Shown here in pieces: positions 19,385 to 29,635 of a stretch of DNA of 64,000 nucleotides (positions are counted from its first letter, which is position 1; every line of letters starts with the position of its first letter). The stretch comes from an uncultured Pseudomonadota bacterium (GTDB lineage Bacteria; Oederibacteriota; Muellerivitia; Muellerivitales; Muellerivitaceae), in NCBI GenBank assembly GCA_963770835.1, contig CAVYRH010000026.1, positions 640,001-704,000 of the forward strand, written 5' to 3'. Made by a program: the position numbers and the translations under genes. The notes below the pieces were generated by a model that ran no database searches, had not been told where the DNA came from, and saw only the letters and a program-made list of their open reading frames with translations.

Positions 19385-19966
19385 GGGCTAAAGCTCCTTG
19401 ATATATGAAAATAGTGATATTCCAACGGTAAAGTTACCAATAAGTATAATGAAATAGTGAGAATGAAAAGCCGGTAAAAACAGCAATTCACCTCGATTTT
19501 AGGCGGTTCTCCTCGTTAACGGCTTAAAAGCGACCTCATTTGGGATGGGACAAGGCTAAATGCCCTCCTTCATCCCTTAAAACTTAACGGAAGGTCGAAA
19601 TCCGACACCGCTTTTTGCCTGCGAAGATTTGCCAGGGATGAAGGTCCAAAATTGAATCAATCCTCAAAGAGGTTTGGCCTCATTTTTGGGATAGGTTCAC
19701 TTTGCATTGGAGGTTTTGTAGGCAAGAATTGGAACCTGGAAAAAATTTTACATGGGTGAAAAATTAGGAAAATGTCTGAACCCCATTGGGGATTCTTCAG
19801 ATTGATTATCTCAACACGATTAAAATTCACTGTAAAACCTTAGAGATTACTACCATCCCTTGAGGCGACAAATATGAACCCGCCTTCCCTTGGGGGCTGG
19901 ACTTGAAAGAAAGGGGAATCGGGGCAATAATACCCGCAACTTTAGCCGGATATTTACTGAGGAATT

Positions 19967-20497
19967 ATGAAAAATATAACAATCACCATTTCACCCTATC
20001 CCCAGCATAAAGATATCACCCTGCTCTCCGTCAAGGGTTTCATCGATACCAATACGGCCCCCGAATTCGATAAATCCTTCCAAGAGGTTCTGGGGGACAA
20101 CAAATTCAAGCTGATTGTGGACCTGAAAGACGTCAACTATATCAGTAGCGCGGGTTGGGGCCTCTTCGTAGGGGAGATCAAGCGGATCCGAAACCAAAAA
20201 GGGGACCTCTTCCTCGTCGCCATGAGTCCGGAGGTGGAGGAAGCCTACGAACTCTTGCAGTTCAGTACCATCTTAAAGGCCTTCCCCAACGTGGAGCAGG
20301 CCGTTCAAAAAGGGTTCGGGAAGTCCATGGGTGCCAAAGGTTCGCCGGCTTCCCCGGTGCAAAGTGCTTTCGAACCGCAGCAGGCAGGAAAGAATCCGAT
20401 GGCGATGACGAAAAGTGTTGAGGAGTCCCAGCCGGCCAAAGACCTTTCTAAACCAAAATGGTTTGAAAGGCTTCTCAATCCTTTGAAATGGTTTTAA
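19967..20497 (+). CDS. STAS-domain anti-sigma-factor antagonist with a C-terminal extension
   Basis: GFIDTNTAPEF, IVDLKDVNYISSAG phosphoacceptor Ser motif. Confidence 0.9.
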   Translation: MKNITITISPYPQHKDITLLSVKGFIDTNTAPEFDKSFQEVLGDNKFKLIVDLKDVNYISSAGWGLFVGEIKRIRNQKGDLFLVAMSPEVEEAYELLQFSTILKAFPNVEQAVQKGFGKSMGAKGSPASPVQSAFEPQQAGKNPMAMTKSVEESQPAKDLSKPKWFERLLNPLKWF

Positions 20498-20711
20498 CCC
20501 TGCGTTTTGTCTCTTTCGGCTTTACCAGGATGATGAAAAAGTCTAAAAGGCAGACTTTTTCCTTTCTTCGTCGCGAATCACCCCTTGAAAAACAAGGAAT
20601 TAGATTCGATCCGCTCCAAGCCGTGGCTGTAGACAGGGTGTAAAAGCATTTTTACAGCACCCTGTTTTAAAAAACTCTCCCTTAAACCTAGTTTTTTTAA
20701 AGAAGGATTTT

Positions 20712-21725
20712 ATGGGTTTTATCGATCAACTTTCATCGCTTATCGGGAAAGATTCGGATTATGCCGCCGAGTACAAACGATATAAAAAGGGCATGGAACG
20801 CAATCCCGGCGATTACGGGCTCAAGGCCCAGTTCATTAAATTCTGCCTACTGAACCGTTTTACGAAACAGCAGATGTCCCAGGACCACATGGCGGAAGCC
20901 CTGAAGTTGTTTGAGGACATCGCCGAGACCGAGACTTTCGACCTTCAATGCCATTATTTGGTGGGCAAGTATTACCAGGAGGAAAGGGATACCAAGAGGG
21001 CCTATCGGGTTTACCTTCATGCGATCAAACGTTTCAACCAGCTTGTCATGAAAAGTCCCGACCTCAAATCTGAAAACGCCGAATTGGCCTATTCGGTGGC
21101 CTTGAACCTCATGACCCTTCAGACTAACCCGATCGCCCCGGAAGTAGAAACCTGCTTCAAGATTATCCGCAAGTCCTTTCCCCTCCACCTCAAACGCATC
21201 GAGTTCGAGAATGAAATGGCGAAGCCGGCCCCCGACAAGGCCCGCGTCAAGCAGTTGTCCGAGGAAATTCGAAAACTCCGGGCGGAGGAAGAAAAAGAAA
21301 TACCGGCTTCCTCCCCGGCCAAAAAGACGACCCAGGAGGCTCCGGTTGAAAAAAGTGCGGCTCCTCCCGAGCCCAAACCCAAGGAAGGCAAAGGCATTTT
21401 TTCCAAGTTGTTCAGTGAACTTTCCCCCGATTCCTTGGGGTTATCCGAATCGGGAGAACCGGGCTCTCCCAAGGCCCAAGCAAAACCCGAAGGGGGGGAC
21501 CGGGTGGATTCTTTTAAATTGCACCTTCCCACGGAGGCGGCCAACAACGGCTCCGCCTTCCTAGTTTTTCACGACGATAAATGGGAAGGCCCTTTCACCA
21601 TTTCCCAACTTCGGACCATGGGATTTTTAAGGCACGCTACCTGGGTCTGTCGGGATGGAAGCCAGCAGGTCCTGCAGGCCTATGAAGTGCCCGATCTCCA
21701 GCCGCTTTTCCAATTCCAGAGGTAA
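20712..21725 (+). CDS. Hypothetical protein with a TPR-like helical N-terminus, low-complexity linker and GYF_2-like C-terminus
   Basis: Long ORF with AAGGA RBS; C-terminal EGPFTISQLR..G.L...TWV. Confidence 0.65.
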   Translation: MGFIDQLSSLIGKDSDYAAEYKRYKKGMERNPGDYGLKAQFIKFCLLNRFTKQQMSQDHMAEALKLFEDIAETETFDLQCHYLVGKYYQEERDTKRAYRVYLHAIKRFNQLVMKSPDLKSENAELAYSVALNLMTLQTNPIAPEVETCFKIIRKSFPLHLKRIEFENEMAKPAPDKARVKQLSEEIRKLRAEEEKEIPASSPAKKTTQEAPVEKSAAPPEPKPKEGKGIFSKLFSELSPDSLGLSESGEPGSPKAQAKPEGGDRVDSFKLHLPTEAANNGSAFLVFHDDKWEGPFTISQLRTMGFLRHATWVCRDGSQQVLQAYEVPDLQPLFQFQR

Positions 21726-21876
21726 GTTCGTAACGGCTCTGGAAAGCCTTTTCACCTTCGCAAGGCCGATTTTCTTGCCGCGCCCGGTAAAAGGACGCGG
21801 GGGGACCAGCCCGAGAAGCCGAAATATTCGATAACCGCTTAATTCCTTCCAACCAGGCCCTTATTCGTCGCTCTTT

Positions 21877-22995
21877 ATGAGCCGTCTCATAATGGCAGGG
21901 ACGGTGTCTGATTACAGTTGGGGTTTTTATGGAGGCTTTGTGGCCCAGACCCCAACCTTTGACTTTCCCATGGCTGAAGCCAAACGGGTCATCCGAGACC
22001 TATTCGAGCCGAACCCGTTCATTTATTGGTCGGATTTTTTATTTAACGACATCCTGGGATGGGCCGCTTTTATCATGGCGGTCCGGGCCCCGAATTTCTC
22101 TCTTACTCAGTGCCTCGCCTTCATCGTTTCCGGCTTCGCCCTCTACCGGGCGGTTCTTTTCGTGCACGAGTTGTCCCATTTGAAAAAGGGGACCTTCACG
22201 GTTTTTCAGTGGGTCTGGAACCTTCTTTGCGGCTTTCCCTTGACCTTGCCCTCTTTCATCTACGTGGGGGTGCATATCGAACATCATAAGCAGAGCATTT
22301 ACGGGACCAAGGATGACCCCGAGTATTTTCCCTTTGCCCTGGCGAAAACCTACCGAATCCCATTGTTCCCGCTGACCATGCTGGTGGCGCCATCCCTCTT
22401 TCTTCTGCGGTACCTGGTTCTCGCCCCCCTTTCCTATATCTTCTGGCCGATGCGCAAACCCCTTTGGGTGCTGGGTTCCTCCCTGGCGGTGGGCGGCAGT
22501 TATCGGCGGCCCCTTCCCGAGCCCCGCGAAAAATGGATTGCAGGGATCCAGGAATTCCTGACTTTCGCTTACCTGGCCATCGCCTTCATCCTCATGGCCA
22601 AGGGAATCCTTCCCTGGAAGGTGCTGGCGCTTTGGTATTTGTTGGCGGCCTTTATCCTGATGACCAACGCCCTAAGGAGCCTCGTGGCCCATTGCGACCG
22701 GAATCCGCCCGACCATGTGATGAGCCTGGGGGAGCAGTTTTTGGATTCCACCGACATCCCGGGGAATCCGATCCTGACGCCTCTATGGGCGCCGGTGGGA
22801 TTGAGGTTCCACGCCACCCACCATTTGTTCATCGGATTGCCTTATCACCATTTGGGGAAGGCCTATCGAAGGTTGATGAAGGCGCTTCCCCCGGAGAGTC
22901 CCTACCGCCTGGCTTACCGGGACGGCATGTGGAGCACTTTAAAGGAACTTTGGAATGAAGCCTCCCGCAACCAGGGGGCCGGGCTCCCGAAGTAA
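21877..22995 (+). CDS. Membrane fatty acid desaturase family protein (start may be about 20 codons later)
   Basis: Three His boxes HELSH, HIEHH, HATHH plus TM segments. Confidence 0.88.
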   Translation: MSRLIMAGTVSDYSWGFYGGFVAQTPTFDFPMAEAKRVIRDLFEPNPFIYWSDFLFNDILGWAAFIMAVRAPNFSLTQCLAFIVSGFALYRAVLFVHELSHLKKGTFTVFQWVWNLLCGFPLTLPSFIYVGVHIEHHKQSIYGTKDDPEYFPFALAKTYRIPLFPLTMLVAPSLFLLRYLVLAPLSYIFWPMRKPLWVLGSSLAVGGSYRRPLPEPREKWIAGIQEFLTFAYLAIAFILMAKGILPWKVLALWYLLAAFILMTNALRSLVAHCDRNPPDHVMSLGEQFLDSTDIPGNPILTPLWAPVGLRFHATHHLFIGLPYHHLGKAYRRLMKALPPESPYRLAYRDGMWSTLKELWNEASRNQGAGLPK

Positions 22996-22997
22996 CC

Positions 22998-23945
22998 TTA
23001 ACGCTTGAAAAGCCGGCTCGCTTCGTCCAACTCCGCCACCTCGGCGGGGTTCAGGCGCCATTCCATGGCGCCCGCGTTTTCCCGGGCTTGGGCCGCGTTT
23101 TTCGCTCCGGGAATCGGGAGCGCCCCCTTGCACAAGATCCAGTTCAAAGCCGCTTGATTCACCGTTTTGCCGCCGTGGGCCGCGCCCAGTTCCCTTAATT
23201 TTTCGACCAGCGCCTGGATGCGTCCCAATTGCCCGAAGTAAAACAGGCGCCGTGGGCCGGAGGGCGGATGTTGGGGGGAATACTTGCCCGAAAGCATGCC
23301 CATTCCCAGGGGACTGTAGGCGATAAATCGCACGTTGGTCTTTTGACATTCCTCCAGCAAGCCATTGAGTTCGTTCCCGCGCCGCACCAGGCTGTATTGC
23401 ATCTGGTTGGAGGAAAGGGAAACGCCATGGGCGCCCAAGGCCTCCTGGGCCCTTAGCATCTGGCTCCGGTTGAAGTTGGAAACGCCCACTTCCTTCGCCA
23501 AGCCTTCCTTGACGGCCTGGGCTATGGGTTCCATCCAAGCCTTGATGGACCGCGGGGGACTGGGCCAATGCATCTGGTAAAGGTCCACCGAAGCCAAGCC
23601 CAGACGGCCTAAGCTCGCCTTGAGGGCCCTCAACAATTCGGAAGTCCGGAAACGGTAAGGAAGGGGCGCGAACTTGGTGGCCACATAGATTTTCTCCCCC
23701 GGTTTTTCCTTCAGGAACTGGCCGACGAAACTTTCGGATTCGCCCTCGCCGTAAACCTCAGCCGTGTCGATCAAACGGATACCGGCCTCCATCGAGGCTT
23801 GGAATGTTTGCCGAAGGTCCTGCTCGCTGTAGCCTTTGCCGAAACCCCATACCACGCCCTTGCCCCAGGCCCAGGTGCCCAGGCCCATTTCCAATTGGCT
23901 TAAGAAGCTCATGTTTTCTCCTGTAAAAATGGGATGGGTCGACAT
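22998..23945 (-). CDS. Aldo/keto reductase
   Basis: GLGTWAWG, DTAEVYG, ATKF, SL.RLG...VDLYQMHWP, GVSNF, AYSPLG, PIPG. Confidence 0.95.
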   Translation of the reverse strand: MSTHPIFTGENMSFLSQLEMGLGTWAWGKGVVWGFGKGYSEQDLRQTFQASMEAGIRLIDTAEVYGEGESESFVGQFLKEKPGEKIYVATKFAPLPYRFRTSELLRALKASLGRLGLASVDLYQMHWPSPPRSIKAWMEPIAQAVKEGLAKEVGVSNFNRSQMLRAQEALGAHGVSLSSNQMQYSLVRRGNELNGLLEECQKTNVRFIAYSPLGMGMLSGKYSPQHPPSGPRRLFYFGQLGRIQALVEKLRELGAAHGGKTVNQAALNWILCKGALPIPGAKNAAQARENAGAMEWRLNPAEVAELDEASRLFKR

Positions 23946-24077
23946 TTAAAAACTAAAGAAAAACCCTGGCTTGGCCGAAAGCAGACTAACATTTTAACTT
24001 TTGAATTTTTGTGAGCAAGGTCATAAAGGTCCGGCCCTTTCGGTTGGGACTCCGATACACCATGATAAGATGGAACC

Positions 24078-25043
24078 ATGAAGCAAAATCAATCCGACCG
24101 AAAAAAATTTATCTTGGGCCTGGATATCGGCGGAAGCAAATGCGCCGTGGTGCTGGGTGACGAAAAGATGAGGATTTTTGACCGTCTCGCCTTTCCCACC
24201 CGAACCCAGCGGGGTTTGAAGCGGACGTTGGATAAACTCTTCCGCGCCGTCTCTGGAATTCTACGACGCAACCGTCTCGCGCCCCGTTCCATCCGAAAAG
24301 CGGGTGTGAGCTGCGGCGGGCCCTTGGACAGCGAAAGGGGCCTCATCCTTTCGCCCCCCAACCTGCCGGGCTGGAGACGGGTACCTATCGTTGGAATGCT
24401 CCGCCGGAAGCTCGGATGCCCGGTTCACCTTGAGAACGACGCCAATGCCTGCGCCCTGGCCGAATGGAAATTCGGGGCGGGCCGGGGCTGCCGCAATATG
24501 GTTTTTCTCACCTTTGGCACCGGGTTGGGCGCGGGCCTCATCCTGAATGGGCGGCTTTACCGGGGAACCAACGATATGGCCGGCGAGGCGGGCCATATCC
24601 GCCTGGCGAAGGAGGGACCGGTAGGGTACGGTAAAAAAGGATCCTTCGAGGGTTTCTGCAGCGGGGGCGGCATCGCGCGGCTAGCCCAAAGGGAAGCCGG
24701 CCGTGGCGCATTCAAAGTCCTTGCCGGTATCACCGCCAAGGAAGTCTTTGAAGCCGCCCGGCGAGGGGATAAAACCGCACGCCGCATTGTCCAAACCAGC
24801 GGTGAATACCTGGGGATGGGTTTGTCTATTTTGATCGACCTCTTGAACCCCGAAAGGATTATTATCGGCGGCATCTATTCAAGGAACGAGGACCTTCTCT
24901 TCCCATCGCTCCAAAGGACCATTCGCAAGGAAGCCCTGTCCCGCTCCCGGTCCGTTTGCCGCATTGTGCCCTCGGGACTTGGCGAGAAAATCGGCGATGT
25001 CGCGAGCCTTTCGGTGGCGGTCATGGATGAATTGGAAAAATAA
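24078..25043 (+). CDS. ROK-family sugar kinase
   Basis: GLDIGGSK, ENDANACALAE, GTGLGAG, GEAGH. Confidence 0.93.
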   Translation: MKQNQSDRKKFILGLDIGGSKCAVVLGDEKMRIFDRLAFPTRTQRGLKRTLDKLFRAVSGILRRNRLAPRSIRKAGVSCGGPLDSERGLILSPPNLPGWRRVPIVGMLRRKLGCPVHLENDANACALAEWKFGAGRGCRNMVFLTFGTGLGAGLILNGRLYRGTNDMAGEAGHIRLAKEGPVGYGKKGSFEGFCSGGGIARLAQREAGRGAFKVLAGITAKEVFEAARRGDKTARRIVQTSGEYLGMGLSILIDLLNPERIIIGGIYSRNEDLLFPSLQRTIRKEALSRSRSVCRIVPSGLGEKIGDVASLSVAVMDELEK

Positions 25044-25071
25044 AAAATATAGTCCAGTTAAGGTTTTCTAA

Positions 25072-25743
25072 ATGGCGACTCAGGAAAGCTGGGAAAAAGC
25101 CGGAGGCTTCAAGGTCCGGCCCGTTTCGGATAGGCGGGATGCCTTAAGGATAGAAATAAGGCAGGTTTACCTTTTCTTGAAGATCCTCGCCGTCTTTATC
25201 GTTGTGATGGTTGTGGAATATATCCTCTGCGGCATTTACTTCCGGCTGGTGAGGCGAAACGACATTTTTTGGCTGGACGGGGCCTGCGCTTTGGCCGCGC
25301 TTGTCTTTTGTTACCGGCTTTCCCGGAAACTCATCAAGGACGCATTGAAGGAAAAGATACCCGTTTATATCGTGGCGGGGCTCTTTTTGTTGTTCGCCTT
25401 CTTCACGGGCTGTTTTTTCCGTTTCAGCTTCCAATTGGCGAACGGTTATTTGGATTTCTCCGACCCCGAAATCCACACGGTCATTGTGACGGATAAAAAG
25501 ATCTCCCTATTCGGGGGAAGCCTCCAGGAGGGGCCGAACCCCATGGCGCATTTGGTTTATTTTCACGATTGGGACAATGGGGATGAGAATTGCGAGCTGT
25601 TGTTGCCCCCCTCCGTTTATTATGTCGTTGACCGTGGAGTCCCCCTGGAGATCGCCGTAAGGCCGGGGTTTTTCCATGCACCCTGGGTGCAAGCCTTCCA
25701 GACGGTCCATTCACCGCTCTTGGATGGTCTCAACCAAAATTGA
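25072..25743 (+). CDS. Hypothetical membrane protein with three TM helices
   Basis: Hydrophobic segments followed by a soluble C-terminal domain. Confidence 0.6.
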   Translation: MATQESWEKAGGFKVRPVSDRRDALRIEIRQVYLFLKILAVFIVVMVVEYILCGIYFRLVRRNDIFWLDGACALAALVFCYRLSRKLIKDALKEKIPVYIVAGLFLLFAFFTGCFFRFSFQLANGYLDFSDPEIHTVIVTDKKISLFGGSLQEGPNPMAHLVYFHDWDNGDENCELLLPPSVYYVVDRGVPLEIAVRPGFFHAPWVQAFQTVHSPLLDGLNQN

Positions 25744-25898
25744 ACCCTTATTTCTTTTTCTTCTTGGGGCGGGTTTGCGCGTGGGCTTTCCCCATTTCGA
25801 CCCATTTGGCCAAATCCTTCTTTGTTTTGAGCCCATCGGGGGCTACGTAAACGATGCCGGCCATGGGCCTCCCCGAGAAGTCGAAGGGTCTTACGCAT

Positions 25899-26921
25899 AA
25901 AAAGGGTCAGGCCTCCATTTTCCACTTTACAGATCGTGGAAGGCTCTTAAAATGCTGGTATGCCAAGGCCCAAACGGATCCATTATGAAGGCGCTATTTA
26001 TCACGTCACCTCCCGTGGAAATGAGCGCCGGAAGATTGTGTTGGATGACGCCGACCGGGGCATTTTTATCCGTGTTTTGGCTGAAACGGTAGAACATCAC
26101 GACGTGACCTGCCATGCCTGGGTCTTGATGGACAATCATTACCACCTACTTTTGGAAACACCTGCCGCCAATCTTTCCCTAGCAATGAAACACTTCAACG
26201 GCATATACACCCAGAAATTCAACAAAAAGCACCATAGGGTGGGGCACTTGTTCCAAGGGAGATATAAGGCGATTGTGGTGGAAAAGGACAGCTATTTGAA
26301 GGAACTGTGCCGGTATGTGGTTTTAAACCCCGTCAGGGCTAGGATGGTCAAGAGCCCGGGTGAGTGGAAGTGGAGCAGTTACCGGGCAACGGCGGGGTTG
26401 GAGAGGCCGGAAAAGTGGCTGGAAACAGGCTGGTTATTGGGACAATTCGGGAGAAACTATAAACAGGCCCAAAAAGCCTACCGGGTTTTCGTGGCAGAGG
26501 GGATTGGAAGGAAGGAATCGCCTTGGGAGGGTTTGCGTTCCGGGCTGTACTTGGGCGAAAAAAAGTTCTTGGACAAGGTCCATGAGGTAGGACAAAAGCA
26601 CGAACATTTGGATGTGCCAAAATACCAGAAGCACGTGGTTAAACAGGATCCCGATAGGTTAATAGCCAAAGTGGCGAAGGCTTACGGGGAGAAGTCGGAA
26701 GAACTGTTGAGAGCTGGGAAAAGGGGATCGGAAGCACGGGACGTGGCGATCTATTTGCTGAAACGGGAATCGGGATTGAGCTTAAAGGAGATAGGCAGAA
26801 GGATGGGGGTGGGGCTGACGGCGGTGGGGAACCGTTGGGTGATGATGAAGGAACGGTTATTGAGGGACAAGGCCTTGGCCCAAAAAATTGATAAATGGAA
26901 AATGGACGCCTGACCCCTTTT
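25899..26921 (+). mobile_element. Y1-transposase element bounded by 26-bp inverted repeats
   Basis: 25899-25924 AAAAAGGGTCAGGCCTCCATTTTCCA matches the reverse complement of 26896-26921 at 24 of 26 positions. Confidence 0.75.
25960..26913 (+). CDS. HUH/Y1 tyrosine transposase (IS200-like, RAYT type) with a C-terminal DnaA_C-like HTH
   Basis: YHVTSRGN, MDNHYHLL (HUH), GHLFQGRY, RYVVLNPVRA (catalytic Tyr), WKWSSY; C-terminal ARDVAIYL...SGLSLKEIGRRMG. Confidence 0.92.
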   Translation: MPRPKRIHYEGAIYHVTSRGNERRKIVLDDADRGIFIRVLAETVEHHDVTCHAWVLMDNHYHLLLETPAANLSLAMKHFNGIYTQKFNKKHHRVGHLFQGRYKAIVVEKDSYLKELCRYVVLNPVRARMVKSPGEWKWSSYRATAGLERPEKWLETGWLLGQFGRNYKQAQKAYRVFVAEGIGRKESPWEGLRSGLYLGEKKFLDKVHEVGQKHEHLDVPKYQKHVVKQDPDRLIAKVAKAYGEKSEELLRAGKRGSEARDVAIYLLKRESGLSLKEIGRRMGVGLTAVGNRWVMMKERLLRDKALAQKIDKWKMDA

Positions 26922-26922
26922 C

Positions 26923-28659
26923 TTTTACAATTACGATTCAAGGGACAGGATGACGGCCAAACAAGGCCCCGAGGGCACTCTTTCCTACACCTACTACAAC
27001 CACGGGGAATTGGAGAGCGTTAAATCCTCTATTACCAACGGCACTAACGTCAGTTACACATACGACTCCCTGAACCGGCTGACGACGGTGAATGACACCC
27101 ATTGGACCGGGAATACAAGTTACACCTACGACCCCTTCGGCAACCTGGCTTCCGTCAACAAGCCCAACGGCGAATCGGTGACTTACACCTATGACGTTTT
27201 GAACCGCCTGAACAGCATGGCGGCCACGGTCAACGGTTCGTCCATTCGTTCCTACACCTACACTTTGGGCCCGAATGGCAACAGGACAAATGTGGCCGAG
27301 CTCTCCAACCGGGCCGTGACCTACACCTACGACGACTTATATCGTCTCACGGGGGAAATTGTATCGAGTGACCCGGCGACCCAGAATATCGGGGCCATCA
27401 GCTACCAGTATGACGCCGTAGGGAACCGCACTAACAGGACTTCCGGCATCACGGCCATTTCCAGCCAAAACTCCCTTTCCTATGACTCGGATGACCGCCT
27501 AACCAATAGCGGTTACGTCTATGACAACAACGGAAGCACCACGACCGACCCCAACGGAACCTATGTTTACGACTCTTTGGGCCGGATGACCCAGGCTACG
27601 GTGGGGAGTAGCTTAACCGCTTATACCTACGACGGGGACGGAAACAAGGTCCAACAGGTTGTGAATAACGGCTCGGGGGCTGTAACCACCAGCTACCTGG
27701 TGGATTCCACTAACCCAACCGGCTATGCCCAGGTTCTTGAGGAAAACCAAGGGAGTGGAGTGAATTTGGTCTATACCTATGGGACCAGCCGTATCAGCGA
27801 AGACCAGTACAACGGGGCGAGTTGGATGCTTTCATATTACGGCTATGACGGTCAGGGTTCAGTGAGGTATTTGACCGACTCAACTGGAACCATTACAGAT
27901 ACCTATGACTACGATGCCTTTGGGACGCTTATAAACCAAACTCATTTGGGCACGCCTACCCCGAATGAGTTTTTCTACGATGCCGAGCAACTAGACCCCA
28001 ACACTGGCTTCGTAAATCTCAGAGCCCGCTGGATGAATCCGGGCATTGGGAGATTCCAGACGATGGATAGTTTTGAAGGCGACCAGGAAGACCCACCTTC
28101 ACTTCATAAATACTATTTTACTTCAAATAATCCAATAAACGAAGTTGATCCTACCGGACATGACTCAAAAGATTATTGGCCTCCAGACATAGTAGACGCT
28201 GTTTATGAAAAATATAGAGGCGGAATTCTTACTGATGAAGAAGTTGCAGATATTATTTACGGTGAAATAAGAGGATTAAAGTCAACACCGCAAGCCGACA
28301 TAATAAGTGGTTATGATGCGGAGGCGCATGTGATATTCAACCAAGATTGGGCGCTTTTAGATAAAAAAATAACAGAGAGACCGGCTGAGGCTCCAGTTAT
28401 CCCTCCCGTTTTTGGAGATGATGATGAAAAAAACATTTACACCAAAATGGTGGTTGCAGTTGAATTCGCAAGAAGTGAAGAAGATCCTACTTTAGGCGCT
28501 CTTCATTTTAATAATAATCGCACGAAAGTTGACAATAGCCCACATGCAATATTTGGATGGCTGACTTTTGCTCAATTTGGCCCATTTTTGTTAGAACACA
28601 GAAACAATAAGAATGTTGTAACGAGCACAGAATTTCGTTACATAACTTGTTTCCAGTAA
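26923..28659 (+). pseudogene. 5'-truncated Rhs/YD-repeat gene retaining the Rhs core and toxin tip (first ATG at 26950)
   Basis: YD repeats begin right at the element end (FYNYDSRDRM); core motifs YDYDAFG, LRARWMNP.IGRF.T.D, NPINEVDPTG; AT-rich tip after 28159. Confidence 0.85.
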
Positions 28660-28678
28660 CTTTGAAAAGGATTAGTGC

Positions 28679-29593
28679 TTGAAAAAAACTATATTATTTT
28701 TGATTTTAGGTAGTGGGATTGCATATTCACAAAATTCGTTGAATTCGGCACCATTGAATTCTTCAAATCTTTCTCAATCTGGTTTTTCATTTTTGAATAA
28801 AGCTATTGAAAGAAACGACAACGATATTGATATCAAGTTAAGTCTTGAAGGCAAAAAAAATGACATTCCCCAAAAAGTGAAACTTTTGATTCAGGAAGAA
28901 ATAAAACCTGAATCCGTAAACCAACAAGGTGGTGGTAATGGTCCGACAAAAAAAGACTCTTCTTATCTAAAGAATTTCGGCCCGGTTTATCTTATTAAAG
29001 CTCCAAACGGTCTTGCGGTTTATGTTCTTATGGATCATACGGATATGGCTTATGGTGGGTGGAGCTATGGTTTGATTCTTTATGATCCTAAAGCGGATCA
29101 GGCCGGAACAAAAATTGAATGGATTTCCGGAAAATGGTTTCAAGGTCTTTCAAAAGATTTGAAATTATTCGACAAAGACCAATCGCTTAAAAAGCCTTTA
29201 ATCGCATTTCAAAAAAATGTATTCGATGATTCAAGCGAGTTGGTTGCAGAAGAATATGTCCATAATGGAAATACAACTAGCGGTGCTGTTTATCATTATT
29301 TTTTTATTGGAACCGATTTGTCTCTAAAAGAAATTCTTGAGCTGGAAGCAAGATTAAATGATGCAGAAGATCAAGATTATTGGTTTGTTCGAAAAATTGT
29401 CGGAAGAAAAAAGAATGAACTTACTATTGAAGTGACATTAGAAAAAAAAGGTGAAAAGTCCGTTGTCGTTGGTTCTTTATTGATGAAAAGTAACGGCGCT
29501 GGCTCACCATTTGAAATTGTGAATAAAATTTTAAAGAATAAACAATATAAAAACTTTTTGTATGCATCTGATGACGATGACTATTCACGTTAA
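28679..29593 (+). CDS. Probable exported immunity protein for the Rhs toxin
   Basis: Directly downstream of the Rhs tip; AT-rich; AAAGGA RBS, TTG start, signal peptide MKKTILFLILGSGIAYS. Confidence 0.7.
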   Translation: MKKTILFLILGSGIAYSQNSLNSAPLNSSNLSQSGFSFLNKAIERNDNDIDIKLSLEGKKNDIPQKVKLLIQEEIKPESVNQQGGGNGPTKKDSSYLKNFGPVYLIKAPNGLAVYVLMDHTDMAYGGWSYGLILYDPKADQAGTKIEWISGKWFQGLSKDLKLFDKDQSLKKPLIAFQKNVFDDSSELVAEEYVHNGNTTSGAVYHYFFIGTDLSLKEILELEARLNDAEDQDYWFVRKIVGRKKNELTIEVTLEKKGEKSVVVGSLLMKSNGAGSPFEIVNKILKNKQYKNFLYASDDDDYSR

Positions 29594-29635
29594 GTGTAAT
29601 GCTTCTAGCCTTATGGTGCAAAAATTGCGTCGGGG

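Noticed and set aside
19567..19644. CCTTCATCCCT / AGGGATGAAGG inverted repeat as a structured RNA
   Set aside because: A single 11-bp stem with a long spacer and no recognisable family; not enough support.
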